A stretch of DNA of 63,957 nt, filler included, from Calcarisporiella thermophila CBS 279.70 (taxonomy: Eukaryota; Fungi; Calcarisporiellomycota): NCBI RefSeq assembly GCF_041956535.1. It is 12 parts of 11 records of this genome, joined end to end, with 100 filler letters (N's around TTAATTAATTAA, not from the genome) between each part and the next. Parts side by side here need not be neighbours in the genome. Positions count along the whole stretch, not along the records: positions 27,706 to 41,008 come from NW_027192199.1; positions 41,109 to 51,235 come from NW_027192193.1; 10 more parts are not named here. The stretch is one strand, 5' to 3'. Below are positions 36,071 to 50,037 of the stretch, one piece after another. A program made the position numbers and the translations under genes. Below the pieces are notes generated by a model, which was given only the letters and a program-made list of their open reading frames with translations, was not told where the DNA came from and made no database searches. The first letter of the stretch is position 1. The number at the start of each line of letters is the position of its first letter.

Positions 36071-36578
36071 ATGAGTGATTACAGTAGCTTCAGTGGACTT
36101 TCTTCTGTTGGTTCTTCGGACAACATGGTATTTTTAAAATCCTCATTTGTTGAAAATCTAAATACATTTTAATTTTTTATACTTAGGAGAGCCGAAAACA
36201 AGCTGTCATGGATCAAGTCAGGAGTGAACTTGCACTTGCAAATGCTCAAGAGTTGATAAATGTATTTATAACATTAGATGTTTTAGAGGAAACCGATGGA
36301 TTTTATGCCATTCTAATTTATTTTAAATATTAGAAAATGAACGAGAAATGCTTCTCCAAATGTGTGCCAAAGCCAGGATATCGATTGGAGAGTAGCGACC
36401 AGGTAGATTAAATATTTGAAGCTCCAGGTATTATTCTATGGAAATTAATATCTTATTACAACAGACCTGCATTTCCAAATGTATGGACCGCTATATGGAG
36501 GCGTGGAATATTGTCTCACGTGCCTATATTAGCCGTGTTCAGCGGGAATCTCAATCTCAAGGATCAACTAATTTGTAA
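36071..36578 (+). CDS. TIM13: Mitochondrial small Tim chaperone Tim13 (4 exons)
   Basis: [16 protein letters not shown], twin CX3C (CFSKC, CISKC), [13 protein letters not shown]. Confidence 0.93.
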
Positions 36579-36781
36579 CATGGGATTTAGAGTTAGAAAA
36601 TGTGCTCTTCCATTATTATTTTCAATAGTAAAATATAGAATATAGCAGGTTACGAATACAATTGCAGGACTGAAAAAAAGTTTATTCTATAAAATAAATT
36701 AGTCCCCCAGTAATATTACATATAATCATTGCCCCACCCCCATTTCTATAAGCGCTCTATTGAGTTCTGACCAAAACTGTT

Positions 36782-37655
36782 TCACTGAAGACTTTCAGAA
36801 TACTTGGCATTAAAGAAAGTATAGCTCAGAGTAACGGTATCGTAGTCACGCGTAGAGGGATCTTCTGCAAATTCTGGGTCAATAAAGAAGAAGACAGGCA
36901 TGTCTACCTCCTCGCCAGCAGCAAGCTTCTGTTCTTCAAAACAGAAGCATTGGATTTTATTGAAATATTGACCAGCCTGGAAGGGTGTCACGTTGTAAGT
37001 AGCGATACCCACGATATCCTTATCCGACTCGTTACGAGCAGTATAAAAAGCAAGAGCAGTCTCACCAGGTAATACTCGAACCTCACGCTGTTGCGGTTTA
37101 AACGACCATTGCATAGATCGAGATGTATTGGCAACAAATGTGACCTTAATGCGACGTGCATCCTCCTTCGGGATTAGTCGATCGGCAGCGAATTTGTTCG
37201 AATCAGTTTTGGGAGTGCCACCATAACCAGTAGCTGAGCAAAACATCCGATATAGTGGAACTGCGGCATACGAAAGACCCAGTACAAGAATCATACCCGC
37301 CCCTACGTAAAGCCCATATGATACGTTGTTACGATAACGATTCTTATAATCTCCTCTTGATGTAAATAATCTTGTGGGTATGCGGTTAAATTCCAAGGAA
37401 TAAGTCGACCTAATATCTCTTCCAAACTGCAAACAATTAAATGGTGGTGATAATGATGCAATTCTAGGCTTATTAGCGAAAATATATGAGCTATAATTTC
37501 TTTTAGAATTCTAAGAGACCGAAAATGTGATTAGGTAAATCCACGAACTCTAAAAAATAATTAAAGTATAAACGAACATTGTAAAATGCATTATACTGCA
37601 TATTCTGCAAACTACATCGTCTCCACCCTCCGGATATCAATCTGCTAACAATCAT
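36782..37655 (-). CDS. COX11: Cytochrome c oxidase assembly protein Cox11
   Basis: YAAVPLYRMFC, YFNKIQCFCFEEQ, VDMPVFFFIDPEF; short first exon inferred at 37655. Confidence 0.95.
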
Positions 37656-38079
37656 TGCTTGTAGAATATTATAAGTTCTCGACTATTTTATCGATAGGCA
37701 TTTAAATATTGTGGCTTTTGCTATTAAAAATTTATAAACAAAAATTGACAAATAAGCTTTAAAAAAAAAGATTAAACAAGAGAAAATTGAAATAATTTTT
37801 ATTTATTTGATTAATATTTTTTTTCTATATATTTTTTTTATAAATATTTTATTTTTTTCCGAACGAATAGTTTTTAAGTAAAATATTCAAAAATGAATAT
37901 AAAAAAAGTAAACCAAAATTATTTCCGATAAAGTATATATTTTTGATGCATCTGTTGTTGATTATTATTAATAATAGATTCGCGCTTAGTATATGATATT
38001 CATTATTCAAATCCATTATATTTAATTATCAAGTAAAATTAACAGTGGCTTTTCTTGCAACAATTTTTTCTTCTTCGTG

Positions 38080-38444
38080 ATGAGCTCTGAAAAATTTTAC
38101 GACGCTATGAGGGATGAACATAATAATACAGTTAACAATTCGACAGAGAAAGCTATAAGGTTTGTTCAATTTCTAAAAGAATTCTTGGTTTTTTTTATAT
38201 ATATATCCCAAAATAGTGACATATTAGAGTTGCAAGGTAGCTTAAGTGGTAGGATGGATTTTAATTCCAAAATCCAATATTATTTACTCTATTATTTACT
38301 GTTTATAACCTGATAGCACTCATAAACCGAGTGGAATCAGTGCGAGTTGAATGTTCCTCGCTGCAATCTGAAAATCAGATGCTCCAAAAATACGTCAATA
38401 ATCTACTGACTTCTAAAGCAGTCTTACCGGGGAACGACCGGTAG
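38080..38444 (+). CDS. Short coiled-coil protein (SCOC/Slo1 family), 3 exons
   Basis: Spliced ...DILELQGSLS|ALINRVESVRVECSSLQSENQMLQKYVNNLL. Confidence 0.8.
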
Positions 38445-38585
38445 ATTGTGATTAGTAACATTTAACTATTGATATTGTAATTTTACGACTACATAATAAT
38501 CACAAGAATAATTAGAACATTCGCTAATAATTTTGTCAAGAAAAACATTTAATAATAAAATTTAAATACGCTTTATTTTATGTTA

Positions 38586-39699
38586 TTAATTATTCGCAAC
38601 AGATTCGTGTAGAGTTCCATCCTTTTCGCGTACTCGATTACGTCGATTCTAAAAAATAAAAAAGATATTGTCAATTTGTTGCATTTGGAATTGGTTAACG
38701 AAATATATATACCTCGGCAGCTATATTTTTACTGATATCCGTGAACATGAATTGGAAACGAGCATTCTGTTGAGACGGATCACGTTCTATAATTTTCATG
38801 TCAGTTCGGCGACGACCAAGAGTCGAAGACTTGTGCATTTCTGCTTTTAAAAGACGAGAGTGTGCTTCCTCAAAAGGAAGACGACCGAGAACACGAGCGG
38901 CATCTTTTGGAGTAAATGTTGTTTCTTCTTCAACAGTTTTAAATCTTGGTTTTCCCACGCTAGGTATAACTTCTGCTAAAGCTTCTTTGAACCTCTTGCT
39001 TTCGTTTTGCGCTACACCCATCAGAGACTCCATTGATTCTTGATATTTATTCTGTAAAGAAAATCCCTATAGTAAAATAATAAATGAATTTCTTGGTGAA
39101 CTAGTAACAACTTAAATCGTAGAAGAGAATCCAATACTTTTTCCTCAATGTCTCTCTCTAAATTTTTCAATTTTATAACTGCCTCTGCACGACGAATAGA
39201 AATATTGAATTTTTGGGCAAGGTGTCTCGGAGTCCATCGCGTAGGATCATTTGTATAAAGTTGGTAAATAGTCTCGCGAGTTTTGTCGGATAGAGGTGCA
39301 TTTGCCTTAAATAATGGGTTCATGGGAAATGGCTAGTTGTAAGAATATGCAACATTGTTAAAGTGGCTATAAAATATGGCTCGGAGATATATTAAATACC
39401 GTAGATCCAACATAATTAGTTTGGCCAAAGGTTGGCTTGCGGAATCGTTCTCCATCACTTGTTAACCATTGTAAGAATTTTCTTCTCCTTCGACCTTGTG
39501 TGGCAGTTGGAGGAGGATCTAAAGATGCTTGATCGCTGGGATCTTGAGTATCAGAAACATCTTGCTCCTGTGAAAATCTAGTTAAAGTCGATTGATAGCC
39601 TCTATAGGAAACAAATCCATAGAGCACTCGCGATTCCGGAAATTGATTACGCCCAATTGTTTGTAAGAGTACTCTTCGAGGTAATATGCTTTTAAGCAT
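38586..39699 (-). CDS. Mitochondrial ribosomal protein mS45 (Bot1/MRPS35-like), multi-exon
   Basis: Mitochondrial presequence; PFPMNPLFK..PLSD..RETIY...LAQKFNISIRRAEAVIKLK; RFQFMFTD; REKDGTL. Confidence 0.85.
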
Positions 39700-40631
39700 T
39701 TTTTTTTTTTAAATCATTGAAGTTGACGAGTTGTAAGTGTAAACATGTAAGTTAATTGAGAAATTGCCAAGCCACAAGTTTACAATAATAAGACAGTATA
39801 CCCATAATTCGAATATTAATTAATATTATTGAAATCATGGAAATGCTACCAATACGAGGATATCCGTTAAGATGTTAGGCATATAAAGATGTAAGAGGAA
39901 AACAAATAGCACAAAATTGCAAATATTTTGGTGGAAAGCTCAGAGAGACTACGCTCCTACTGAATACGAGCGATTGCAGCATCGCGTCAGAGAGTGGGTG
40001 CGAATATGCTCTGCACCCGCGGGCCAACCGAGATCTTGGTGTGATCTGAGGATGAAATCGTATAGAGAATAAGTAAAAGAGAATTGCTGGTGTTATTGAA
40101 GGTGTAAACAGAAATAACAGAAGCAAAGAATCATGAGTTACCAAATAGGAGTCAAATGGTAAGAATGGTATATCTGTTTCTTTACAGTGATTTAAATTAG
40201 ATTGTGATATTATATTCATTGGTGAGTTAGAGCACATAACAATCTGTCCAATATATACTTGACTCAGAAACATTATATTGCATATGCGCCAAATTGCTTT
40301 TTTAAGCCAAGACAAAATGAGTAAATTTAAAAAAAATTTCTCCATTCAGTACACAAAATTTTGTTATCATTGATTTGACTATAAAAAGGGGAAGAAACAA
40401 GCAGAAATAGGAAAGTAAAATTTATGCTCAAAGGATGAAGAGTGCTAAGCTCGGGTATCATCAATCTGGTTTATCGAGATCTTTCACCATTTCTGTATGA
40501 ATCTCTCTTCATCTTATTTCCTCTATGTCTGTATCCATTGCCCTTTGATTGCAGTGAGTAGATCAGATAAAAAAATATACTTGAAATCTTAAATTTCAAG
40601 TTACTTATTGAATTATCTTACAAGAAGTTTT

Positions 40632-41003
40632 TGTTGCGTCGGATAATGGTCTGACAAGGTCTATCTCGACAATCCTCTAGCTATCCCTAAGCTCTTGATT
40701 GTCCTTCCCTAAACACTTCAAAAGGCTAATAAACGACACAAAGTGGATTGTAAAATAATCCGGTTCTATCTCAATACAAAATAGCATGTCTTTATTGTAA
40801 ATGAAATATCGGTCTTTTTTTACTGTTGTTAACGCATCACATAGGGAAAATATAAATAATATAAGTAATAAAATGGCATCATCTCAATATAATAAAGTTA
40901 TCATAAAATAAGGTTGGCGTAATAAACAACCGTATAGTATTAAATATTCTCACAAAAAGGCACAGTTAAAGAAACAAGGATAATAAAGCGATCTAGTCAC
41001 AAA
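40632..41003. mobile_element. Diverged solo LTR (family T3)
   Basis: 40632-40810 is similar in reverse complement to 53820-53997; starts TGTTGCGTCG. Confidence 0.65.
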
Positions 41004-41184
41004 TGCTANNNNNNNNNNNNNNNNNNNNNNNNNNNNNNNNNNNNNNNNNNNNTTAATTAATTAANNNNNNNNNNNNNNNNNNNNNNNNNNNNNNNNNNNN
41101 NNNNNNNNGTGAAACCGCTACTATTCGCCTATTTATCCTAGCTTACAGCATATCCCTTCTCTAGCACACGACACAAAAGGAAAT

Positions 41185-41258
41185 GCTCGTGTAGCTAAGT
41201 TGGTTATAGCGTGGCGCTAATAACGCCAAGGTCACAGGTTCGATCCCTGTCACGAGCA
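41185..41258 (+). tRNA. tRNA-Ile(AAU)
   Basis: GCTCGTG/CACGAGC acceptor, TGGCG-CT-AAT-AA-CGCCA, GGTTCGATCC, T-run. Confidence 0.95.
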
Positions 41259-41743
41259 ATTTTTGCTGCATTGTCCAATATACACAATAATTTGCCTAAA
41301 TCGATTTGTAATTCAACATTTTATTTCCATCAAAGAGTGAATCTAAATCTCTGGGAGAAAAAACTTTTATTAATATTTTTTTTTACTGTAATATACATGA
41401 AAATAAGAGATTGCGCGCTGAAGAATCGCTAGAATATATAGAGTAAATTTAGAGTTTCAAGTAGGAGCATAGCGATATACCAATAGCGAGTTTAGTAAAA
41501 TTTGAGACAAGCGAAAAATGTTCTGGTCAATTCCTCTGCTGGCTGAGGAAAATGAGAGAAAGCGGGGAGATTTTTTCGACCCATAAAAAAGTTCCCACCG
41601 GATAAAGATAACTAACAAAAAGTCTCGTTCTATTATTTGATAATCTTGAATCGTAGTGGTAATTCGATCTCTCCTTCTACAATTCGTACCATTTAATTAA
41701 ACCTGTCGAGTGTTACTCTTTTCCTTTTACCCTTAGTAGAGAA

Positions 41744-42112
41744 ATGAACGAAGAAGAAAGAAAATTTATTCAAAAGTATGGTACACTGCCCAACAAGAAA
41801 GATGTGCTTGGCCACCGTTTCAAGGTAAGCATGCCTCAATCTGTCGAAAACTCCATTTAGTTTGGATCATTCATGCTGTTTTTTTAGGGCCAGAGAAAAT
41901 ACTTTGATTCTGGTGATTACGCCTTGTCAAAAGTGGGTACGGGGACATTAGTTGGCTCGGGACATCCCTCTCCTGAAACAATTCCTCATTCGAATCCTGT
42001 ACATTCTGGCGTTACACCTGCTCCCGTACGAAGGAGCTCATTAGTGCGAGAGACACCCTTCACTGAAGCAGGGGGGATTGAGAATGGGCCGGTAAACATG
42101 GTGGTTGAGTAA
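41744..42112 (+). CDS. Endosulfine family protein (Igo1/ENSA-like)
   Basis: KYGTLP...|GQRKYFDSGDYALSK motif; one intron; an extra upstream exon is possible. Confidence 0.9.
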
Positions 42113-42961
42113 TAATCTATTCCATTTTTTTCTGTTTTCTGCTGTCGTTTTACTTCCGACCTCTTCCCTCTTTACTTTTTTCCTTTTTTTTTGAAACGTA
42201 AGGTACAGCAATATTTTCTTTTCTGTAAATGTATCTGTAGAATTTTTTTTTTCATTTTTTCACTTTCTCTATATATTTGGACTTAGTTTTTTTTTTCTTT
42301 TTGTTTAAATGGATTTCTTTGTTGAATTGAATAATAGGATAAATGTATTTTTGTTTCTATACTTCAACACAATATATTATCAATGTTTTCATTGATCCCC
42401 TTTCAATGATTTTTTAGAGAAATGAGCTAATAAATATATCTCATGTGCAAGCATCTAATACTACAGTATATTGATAAATATCTCTTCTGTTTTTAAGCAA
42501 ACTAATTAATATGCTCTAAGTATTGTATTGTTAAAATAATGGGCTGAATAAATTTTGTGGGATGAATATACACTTATTGATGTCAAATACAAAGATATTA
42601 GTATCAAACTATGTAATTTTTTACTTTTTTAAGCATAGATGTAATATTATGCTGAAAGTGAAGAGGCTTTAATGGGAGCAACATGGTACGAATATACAAG
42701 TTTATAATTGTTTGAAATTACATTCCAAACGATTATAAACTTGTATTACAATAGATTTACTAAGTGATATGCTCGCCTGCTGACAAACCTATCCATATCT
42801 GATACACGACCTAAATAGAGTGTTTTCTCTAGTTTCAAGCCACAACAATCATGATTTGATCTACTTAGATAAAGTTAGCAATTATTGATTATATTTAGTA
42901 CCAAAAGTTGAAGCGTGTTATCTTAGCATTTGATCACATTAAATGAAGATCAATATTATGC

Positions 42962-44812
42962 ATGGAAATTAAAGACATTCTTCCACTCAACTCCTCCGCA
43001 TTAGCTCCCTATAATGTGGATACATTTGCTGAATCTTCCAGATTGCATTCGACGATTCCACCACATTCTTCCGAAGAAGCATGCATCTCTTCCGAAAATA
43101 GAGGCAGAGAATGCACTATTAAACGAGGAGCAGCCAGTGGCTATAATTTATTTCCCACAGGAGACAACCTTCGAATTCAGCTTAGTTTAAAATCACTTAG
43201 CGATCTTCATCTATTACTAAGTGCGCAATTGATAGATGATGGCATTTCAGCTCCCTACTTCCCACCTAGCTTAAGCTCGTCAATGTGTTCCAAAGACGAC
43301 CACCAATCTCGGCTTTGTACCGTCCTTAAGTTTTCATATCCTGGCCCGATCGCTATGTACCCCCCCAAAAAGAACCTACTGATCATTAGTAGTAACCTTA
43401 CGGACCACTTATTCCTCGTATATACTAGCAACTGCTTTTTTAATTTTCGACACCCTGATATGACAATTTTCCTTGAACAATACTATGAGAAAAAACTCCC
43501 TCCTGCGCTTGTAAATACGGCAATAGCCTGGGCCGCAGTACATCTTGTTTTTGCTCATCCCAATAACTTCCTTATCAACAGGGTGCGGCCCGTAATGAAT
43601 TGGCTCCTTGAACAAGCACGTGAGAGTTTGGAAGAAGTTTTTGACTCCCAGTCACCACAAACTGTGCTTGCATTCCTCAATATGGATGCCACGCTGATTC
43701 TTATGTATCGAATGGAGGAGGCCTATTCCTATTTTCACCATGCTGCACTTTTAGCACTTTCGCTGAAAATGGAGAGAGATGATCCAAATGAACGCAATAA
43801 GGTTCAAATAGAATATCGAAGAAGAATCTGGTTAGCACTCAATTACTTTATACATTTCTTATATATATAAATAACTGTATAACTTTGTTTGTAGGTGTAT
43901 GCTCTGTAAAAGAGAACTTAACTATGTGTATTTTAGTGGGAAACCGCCAGTAATTGGATTGGATATTATTCGCAAGTCGCCTGTAGCAACAATTTGGCCA
44001 AGCGACAATCGCGCGTACAGAATGTTTTTGGTATATAGCTGCTGAATGCAACGGGTGTCAAAGCCTTAGGGTCTCTAATCCATATATAATGGGGATAGGT
44101 TAACTATGTCTTGGACATCCTATTTTCGACCAAGCTATCAGGGTTTGTTGACATTGACTGGTCGCTTTCCGATGCTGAAATCGCCCAGTACCTCATTGGC
44201 ATTTCTGCTCTTTTGCAACATGATCTCTCCACCAATTTGCATTACAATGAAGAGGAGCTCGCCTGGATCAACGTTGAGTTCGGAACCATGTTCTGGGTAA
44301 ATTGGTGTGGCGTTTGGCAAAAATTTATTGAGTCGGATGCCCCCCCGCAACGAATGGACTCACCTTTGATGCAGCAGCTTCGAGCAAAGGCATTCGAGGA
44401 ATATGCTAGAGTACACAAGACTTAACTGCGCGCATGCATATATTTTTGTTTCTAATAGCAACTACATTTGACATAGGGAGCCAAAAATGCAACTACCTTC
44501 CTACAGTCCGCAATTCGTCTCCAGAATTGGTGTCGATATTACTTGTGCCTGTACGCTCATAATGTTTGCGAGATCCACAAATTCATCGCTCGAACCCATC
44601 CTAATTTCAACACACGGCGTAAATCGTTCCAAATGCTCAACCAAACGCTGCAGCAGATAACGCAGCTATTTGAGACTAGAGGAGAAATGATGCAAATGGT
44701 TATGCAAGACATTACGGATGCGCTCGGGAAGATGAAGCATATGATATTCACACCAAATGAGTTGGAAGCATTGAAGCGAATCAAACAGAGATCACTTGTT
44801 GTCAAAAATTAG
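42962..44812 (+). CDS. Fungal-specific transcription-factor (middle homology region) protein, multi-exon
   Basis: ...AYSYFHHAALLALSLKM...EYRRRIW motif; GT-AG introns link the listed ORFs. Confidence 0.75.
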
Positions 44813-45229
44813 AAAGCTCGACAGCCTATAGATCGCATACTCTTTTTTTTTTGTGTATATACCAGTTTATACTTAATTTATTAATATACTCCTTCTTGTA
44901 CAAACATTTTCTTGTCGATGGATACCTCGTTCTCAGAGGATGCAAATTTAGCGAGCACTTTTCATTCACCTATGTAGAAATGTGTACCTTGATCGAAAAT
45001 GGGAGAACTGTCTTGACATGACTGCTTAATGGGTTAAATTGAAGAGTGCTGTATCAATAATGAAATCGAAAAGCTTCAAATGTAATCCTAGAGTTTTTTT
45101 CAGGAATATGTGAGGATAAATGTCTACTTGCATTAATTGTTTCCACGACCAAGTACAAATTTTAATATCACAAGCGCACACTCTCCCACGAGACTTCATC
45201 CAACTCCATATCCTAGGCTATCCAGACCA

Positions 45230-46201
45230 ATGAAGAACACTCTACCGACATCCGAATCTGACATTTTACTCGTCAAGATCGAGATGTTAATGGCTGGCCT
45301 ATTCCAAGGCAAACGTATGACCAAAAGGGCTCTACGAGAATCTTCTCTAGACATTTTATTTGTCGCACTGGGCATTAGGTAAATTGCATTAGGTGACCGG
45401 TGAGGTTTTATATTACTGACACGACATTACAGATCCTGTACTCTTATAGATCGCATTTCAATTTCTCAAAATGACCTCACTACACTCATACGGCAACTAA
45501 GATCCAAAGTCGGGATAACCTCACTCGTTGGTATCTATCTCGCTGATACACATATGTTCATCGGACGGCTGCAAAATTTGCGAGATCGCGTAGACAAGAT
45601 GATCTTGGAAGGCGAAAAAGACTGTTGGTTTATTGATGTGAGTAGTGGCCACGAAGCTAAACTGGTAATATTATTCGACTTACGTAAGATGAAGACAAAC
45701 TACATTAATGATTTTGTTGTAGCTTGCGCATATCCCATCCTCTTTTCTCTCCGCTTTATCATCACTAGCGCCAAAGTTACTAGAGAGGTCGCCCGAGTTG
45801 ATTTTATCTCCACTCGAAGACTCAACTCTTGTCTCTCTGACGGGGTGGCTTCTCGATTACCCTATTGTATATGTACAAGAGACCACAAATCACTCTCTAG
45901 CAAATTCCCAACTGACCCTGACCCGCGTTTTGCTCGTGCCCAATACCAGGTGGACACTATCATATTAATCCGGCTAGTCTTCCACTTGTGTGATAACCCC
46001 TATTTGTATATATGTAGAAATGGTGAGCATCTCCTGATCAGCTTTAGTATTCCAACCCAAATTTTCGATTCCCCTTCATTTCTTTCACTCCCCAACTTCC
46101 AGTCATGGGTCCAAAGTCGCTTCATTCACCGAATGCCTTCACATTTTAACTGGCATATCCGAGTTCAAACTTCTCAAGTCAACACAGATGTTGTATTATA
46201 G
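45230..46201 (+). CDS. DUF4504/C1orf74-like protein, multi-exon
   Basis: DILFVALGIR..LID, LTGWLLDYPIVY (alternate frame), LISFSIP. Confidence 0.7.
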
Positions 46202-46266
46202 ATTGAAAAGGGAATGTAGATAGAATCTAACCAAAAATGAGACGCGCAAACATGCATCTCAATAAA

Positions 46267-47027
46267 TTATTGCTGCTTAGTATACTCTTTTGAATGGAGA
46301 AGTTTGTCGCCATGCGCGATGCGCTGAGCTGATTGCCAGAGCAACAATAGGGGGATCACCACCCACAATCCATTGAAAAATATGAGGTAGACGTATTTAT
46401 ATACTGGGTTTGTAGTATTTAAGGCCGATGAACCACTCAAAACCTAAACATGTTATAATGTGAGTAAATTGAGTGACCAAGCATTCATTTATGAATTTAC
46501 CTCCGGGAAAAATGTCATGTACCCTCCGTACAATTCGCAAACTACCAAAACTACTTGCCACACGTGTCGCCATGGATGCTTCTTGTGAATGCACAAGGCG
46601 ACAACCAGACAAAGGGGCCCACAGAATACAGCTGTTATTGCCTCTATTGCAACAATAGTAGGATCTGCTATGGCCCATCTGGAGTCGGCTTTGCTGTACT
46701 CTTTCCCTATAAAAGAGAAATTAATTTTGACATGTCAGCGAGAGAAATGATTTCCTACAACAGAAAAATAAAGAAACACCCACATAAATCGGCCATGAAT
46801 CCTGTGGAACCCTCCACATTATTCCCTCCAATGCTCAGCCAAACAAACATAGCCTCCATAGTTAGATGAACCAATGCATCAAAAATAAGCCATATAAACA
46901 CCCAACGGTCGGCTTTTGCGGTGCGAGCCGGTAGAGTGTTTGCGGAAGCATAGGAGACAAGAATGAGGAATGCGATGAAGATGAAATATTGGAACGAATC
47001 AAGAAGCGTATCGAGAAGAAATGACAT
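46267..47027 (-). CDS. Emopamil-binding-protein (EBP/EXPERA) family membrane protein
   Basis: WLIFDALVHLTME, WKEYSKADSRW, CELYGGYMTF, FFNGLWVVIP. Confidence 0.9.
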
Positions 47028-50000
47028 TATTTTCTACAGTTTAAAAACCCTCAAGTTGCAAGATACCTATTTTAAATCTATTTTACAACAAGCCACTTCC
47101 CTTAATATGGTGCTATTTTGGCCACCACAGAGAAAATATAAGGCATAAGAAGTGTCCTGAAGGAAAAAATAGAAACACGAAACAGTTTGACGGAATAGAG
47201 TATTCTAGCTTAACATCAGGGTGTGGGTCTCCATTCTATGAAAAATAAACCCAAGATTCTAAATTTATTTAATAGGGCGAGAGATAGCAAAAATGGTCAG
47301 TTTAAGCTAAGCAAGCGACGAGCTTCCATTTCTCATTACAAAATATACAATTCAACGAAAAAAGCATTATATGATATATATATTACTATGAAATTGATAT
47401 AATAAAGAGAAAAAAAATCATCCCAACTTTACTCATTTGGATCCTCGGATATAGGCTCCAGCCGTCTTCTTCTACATTCATTCTCATCTGTTTTGTCTTT
47501 CCTTGAAGCAGCGCGAGAAGAATGGCCCAAACGACGACCTGCAACAGTTAGAATCAAGCACAGTGGATGGGGCTCGTAGATGAATCGGTTGAGCATATTC
47601 ATTTCGGAAAGGTGTTTTTAAAGGAAAAGAAAACAAAAGAGAATGGTGGAAAGGATGTTGAGTATAAAACCGCAAAATGTATATAAATGCACACAAGGGA
47701 TAGGATGTATTAAAGGGAATGAATGGAATTATAGAGAGCGGAAAGGAATAATAAATGGAAAATTAAATTTAGACTGGGAGTGTGGTCTATTTTGTAACAG
47801 GTGGGGTTTAGAGAGGAGCCCATCCTTGAGAAGCTAGATATCTTTTATATAAGATTCTCTCACTTGTTTCTGCACGATGCACCAAAAAAAAGTAATCTTT
47901 GAATTCTATTTTTTTCCCTGCATACCCTTCCACTGGGACAGTAAGAGAAAGAAGGTGGGTGTTAGGTGGCCAAAATTGGCACTTGTTTTTTTTTTAAGCA
48001 GACATGTAAAAAGGAACAGGTTTAATTTACGTATAGATGGGAAATTATCTTTGAAAACTTCGACGTCTAGTACATCGATTATAACGAAAGAGTAATAGGT
48101 ATCTATATCTATATTTTCCTTAAGAATAAATAAAGCAATAAACCATGTCGCGTCGAATATCTGACATAATAATTGAAATATAGGCTGCTTTGGATCTCGA
48201 ACAATGACAGTCGATAACTGTTCAATGACCAGATAAGTTGGATATTTTACTCTTGTTAACATCAGACTAAAGAGTAACAGAGAAAACTACCTGTACCCTG
48301 GAGTATATCCTATAGAAAATGAGAAACATAGTATTCCCAGCTTTTTGTCAGTGCCCCTTGTGGCATCGTACGCTTGCAATGCCTGCATAAATATCCTGCA
48401 GTACATTTCGGAAGAATGGTAATTGCATTCAAATTGTGATTAGTCCAAGTAAATGATAGTATATACGTATTAGGTAAGGCTCGCATACTTTCACATCTCT
48501 CTAGCTTTTAGTAAGTTGGTCTGATCTCACAAGTACTTACGATTAATAAAGTGAGATCCTCAAAATAAATATACGTGCTGCATGTTAAAAGATGGCGCTC
48601 AAATTTCAAAAGAAACCATTTCTCTTATGAATAAAACCTCGGGGGCAAAAAGGCTAGTGAGACGGTCGACAACCTGTACACCGCTAAGCAAACAAACGAA
48701 AGAGGATCTCACTTGTATCTAGTAGATCTAATGTAATGCAGAAATTTGGACCGCAGCTGCTAAAAGAACCTGGGCTTTTGCCTGATATGTAAAAATACAG
48801 GTTGTATGTCTTCTTAGAAGCGTTTTTTTTTTTGGATATATTTGGGAGCCAGAAACAAAGAAAATAGATGCTAGTATTCTGTCATGTTTTAAAACATCGA
48901 CATAGACCCATGCGAAAAGCACAGTTCACATCATTCAAACGTCATCAAATGAATTATTATTGATGTCTAAAAAATACAGCACACACATTATTCTCAATTT
49001 CGAGGTCAACACAAGATTTAGACATTATATCTTTGAATATAACTGCAATCTTCTTTATAGAACTAATGCTCAACATCTCATCTCAATATATTTCCAATTC
49101 GGTAAGACGTGCTGCTTTCCACTTCCTTCCCTCTTTTTCTTAGTCTGGTATTGGTTATACGCTGTGTTCATATTGCTTTCCACTTCTTGTTAGTGGGCAA
49201 CATGTGAGAGAATTTGCTTGTGTATAAATCGAACTTAATACCTTAGAGGTTCCATTCAAAAATACCAACTCAACATTGAGAGTTATAGCGTCTTCGAGAA
49301 TGCTCTAGCAATGTAGATATTTTGAGCATTATTTTGAACTAGCTAGAGTTCCGAAGACAAACCACTGTACAACTGGGGCCTTGTCTCAAAATTATGACAT
49401 ATGCAGATTTCACTAGGGAAGGAAAGTGTCGGTTGATAACATTCAGTGTAACTCTGTATATTAATCATGATGTCAGAGATGGTCACAAGTCGCGCTCTTA
49501 CAAACCTGAGCCAAGGAGTATGTCTTGGGTCCGCTAAGCATGGCAGCGGAAACGAATGAAGGCAGCCATTTTTACCAAGAGAATTCGCCACACATTAAGT
49601 TTAAGTTTTTGTTCTGTATGGTATAGAGCTAATCTTTCCTGCTATGTATTGGCCAACGGTTGATTCTAGTGGCCATCATAGTTGGCTCTAATTTCTCTCT
49701 TACTCATCATAGCCTTGGTAAAAAAGCTTAGGGATGCTAGTCAAACCTCAGATTACGTTCCAAAAAAAAACATTATATTAATGAAAAAAAAAATAAATCA
49801 TTGGAGAAAGAAAATATTGAAAATAAAATAATCCAAAGAAACAGAGAAAGGAGAGATAAAAACAAAGAGAAGATCCCTGGTGCAAAATTGTTTACTTTTC
49901 TACCATAAACACCCATTTCATCCAAGTCATTAACAAGAGAAAAAGTATCCAATACCCAAGTAAAGATAGTGAGCAACATCAGAAAAATAAGAGAGATAAT

Positions 50001-50037
50001 AAGCATATACTAATAAAAATTACAGTTTGTCCTCATC

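Noticed and set aside
47430-49600. Scattered minus-strand exon-like pieces (e.g. VVVWAILLALLQGK...)
   Set aside because: Could not assemble a coherent gene or recognise a family
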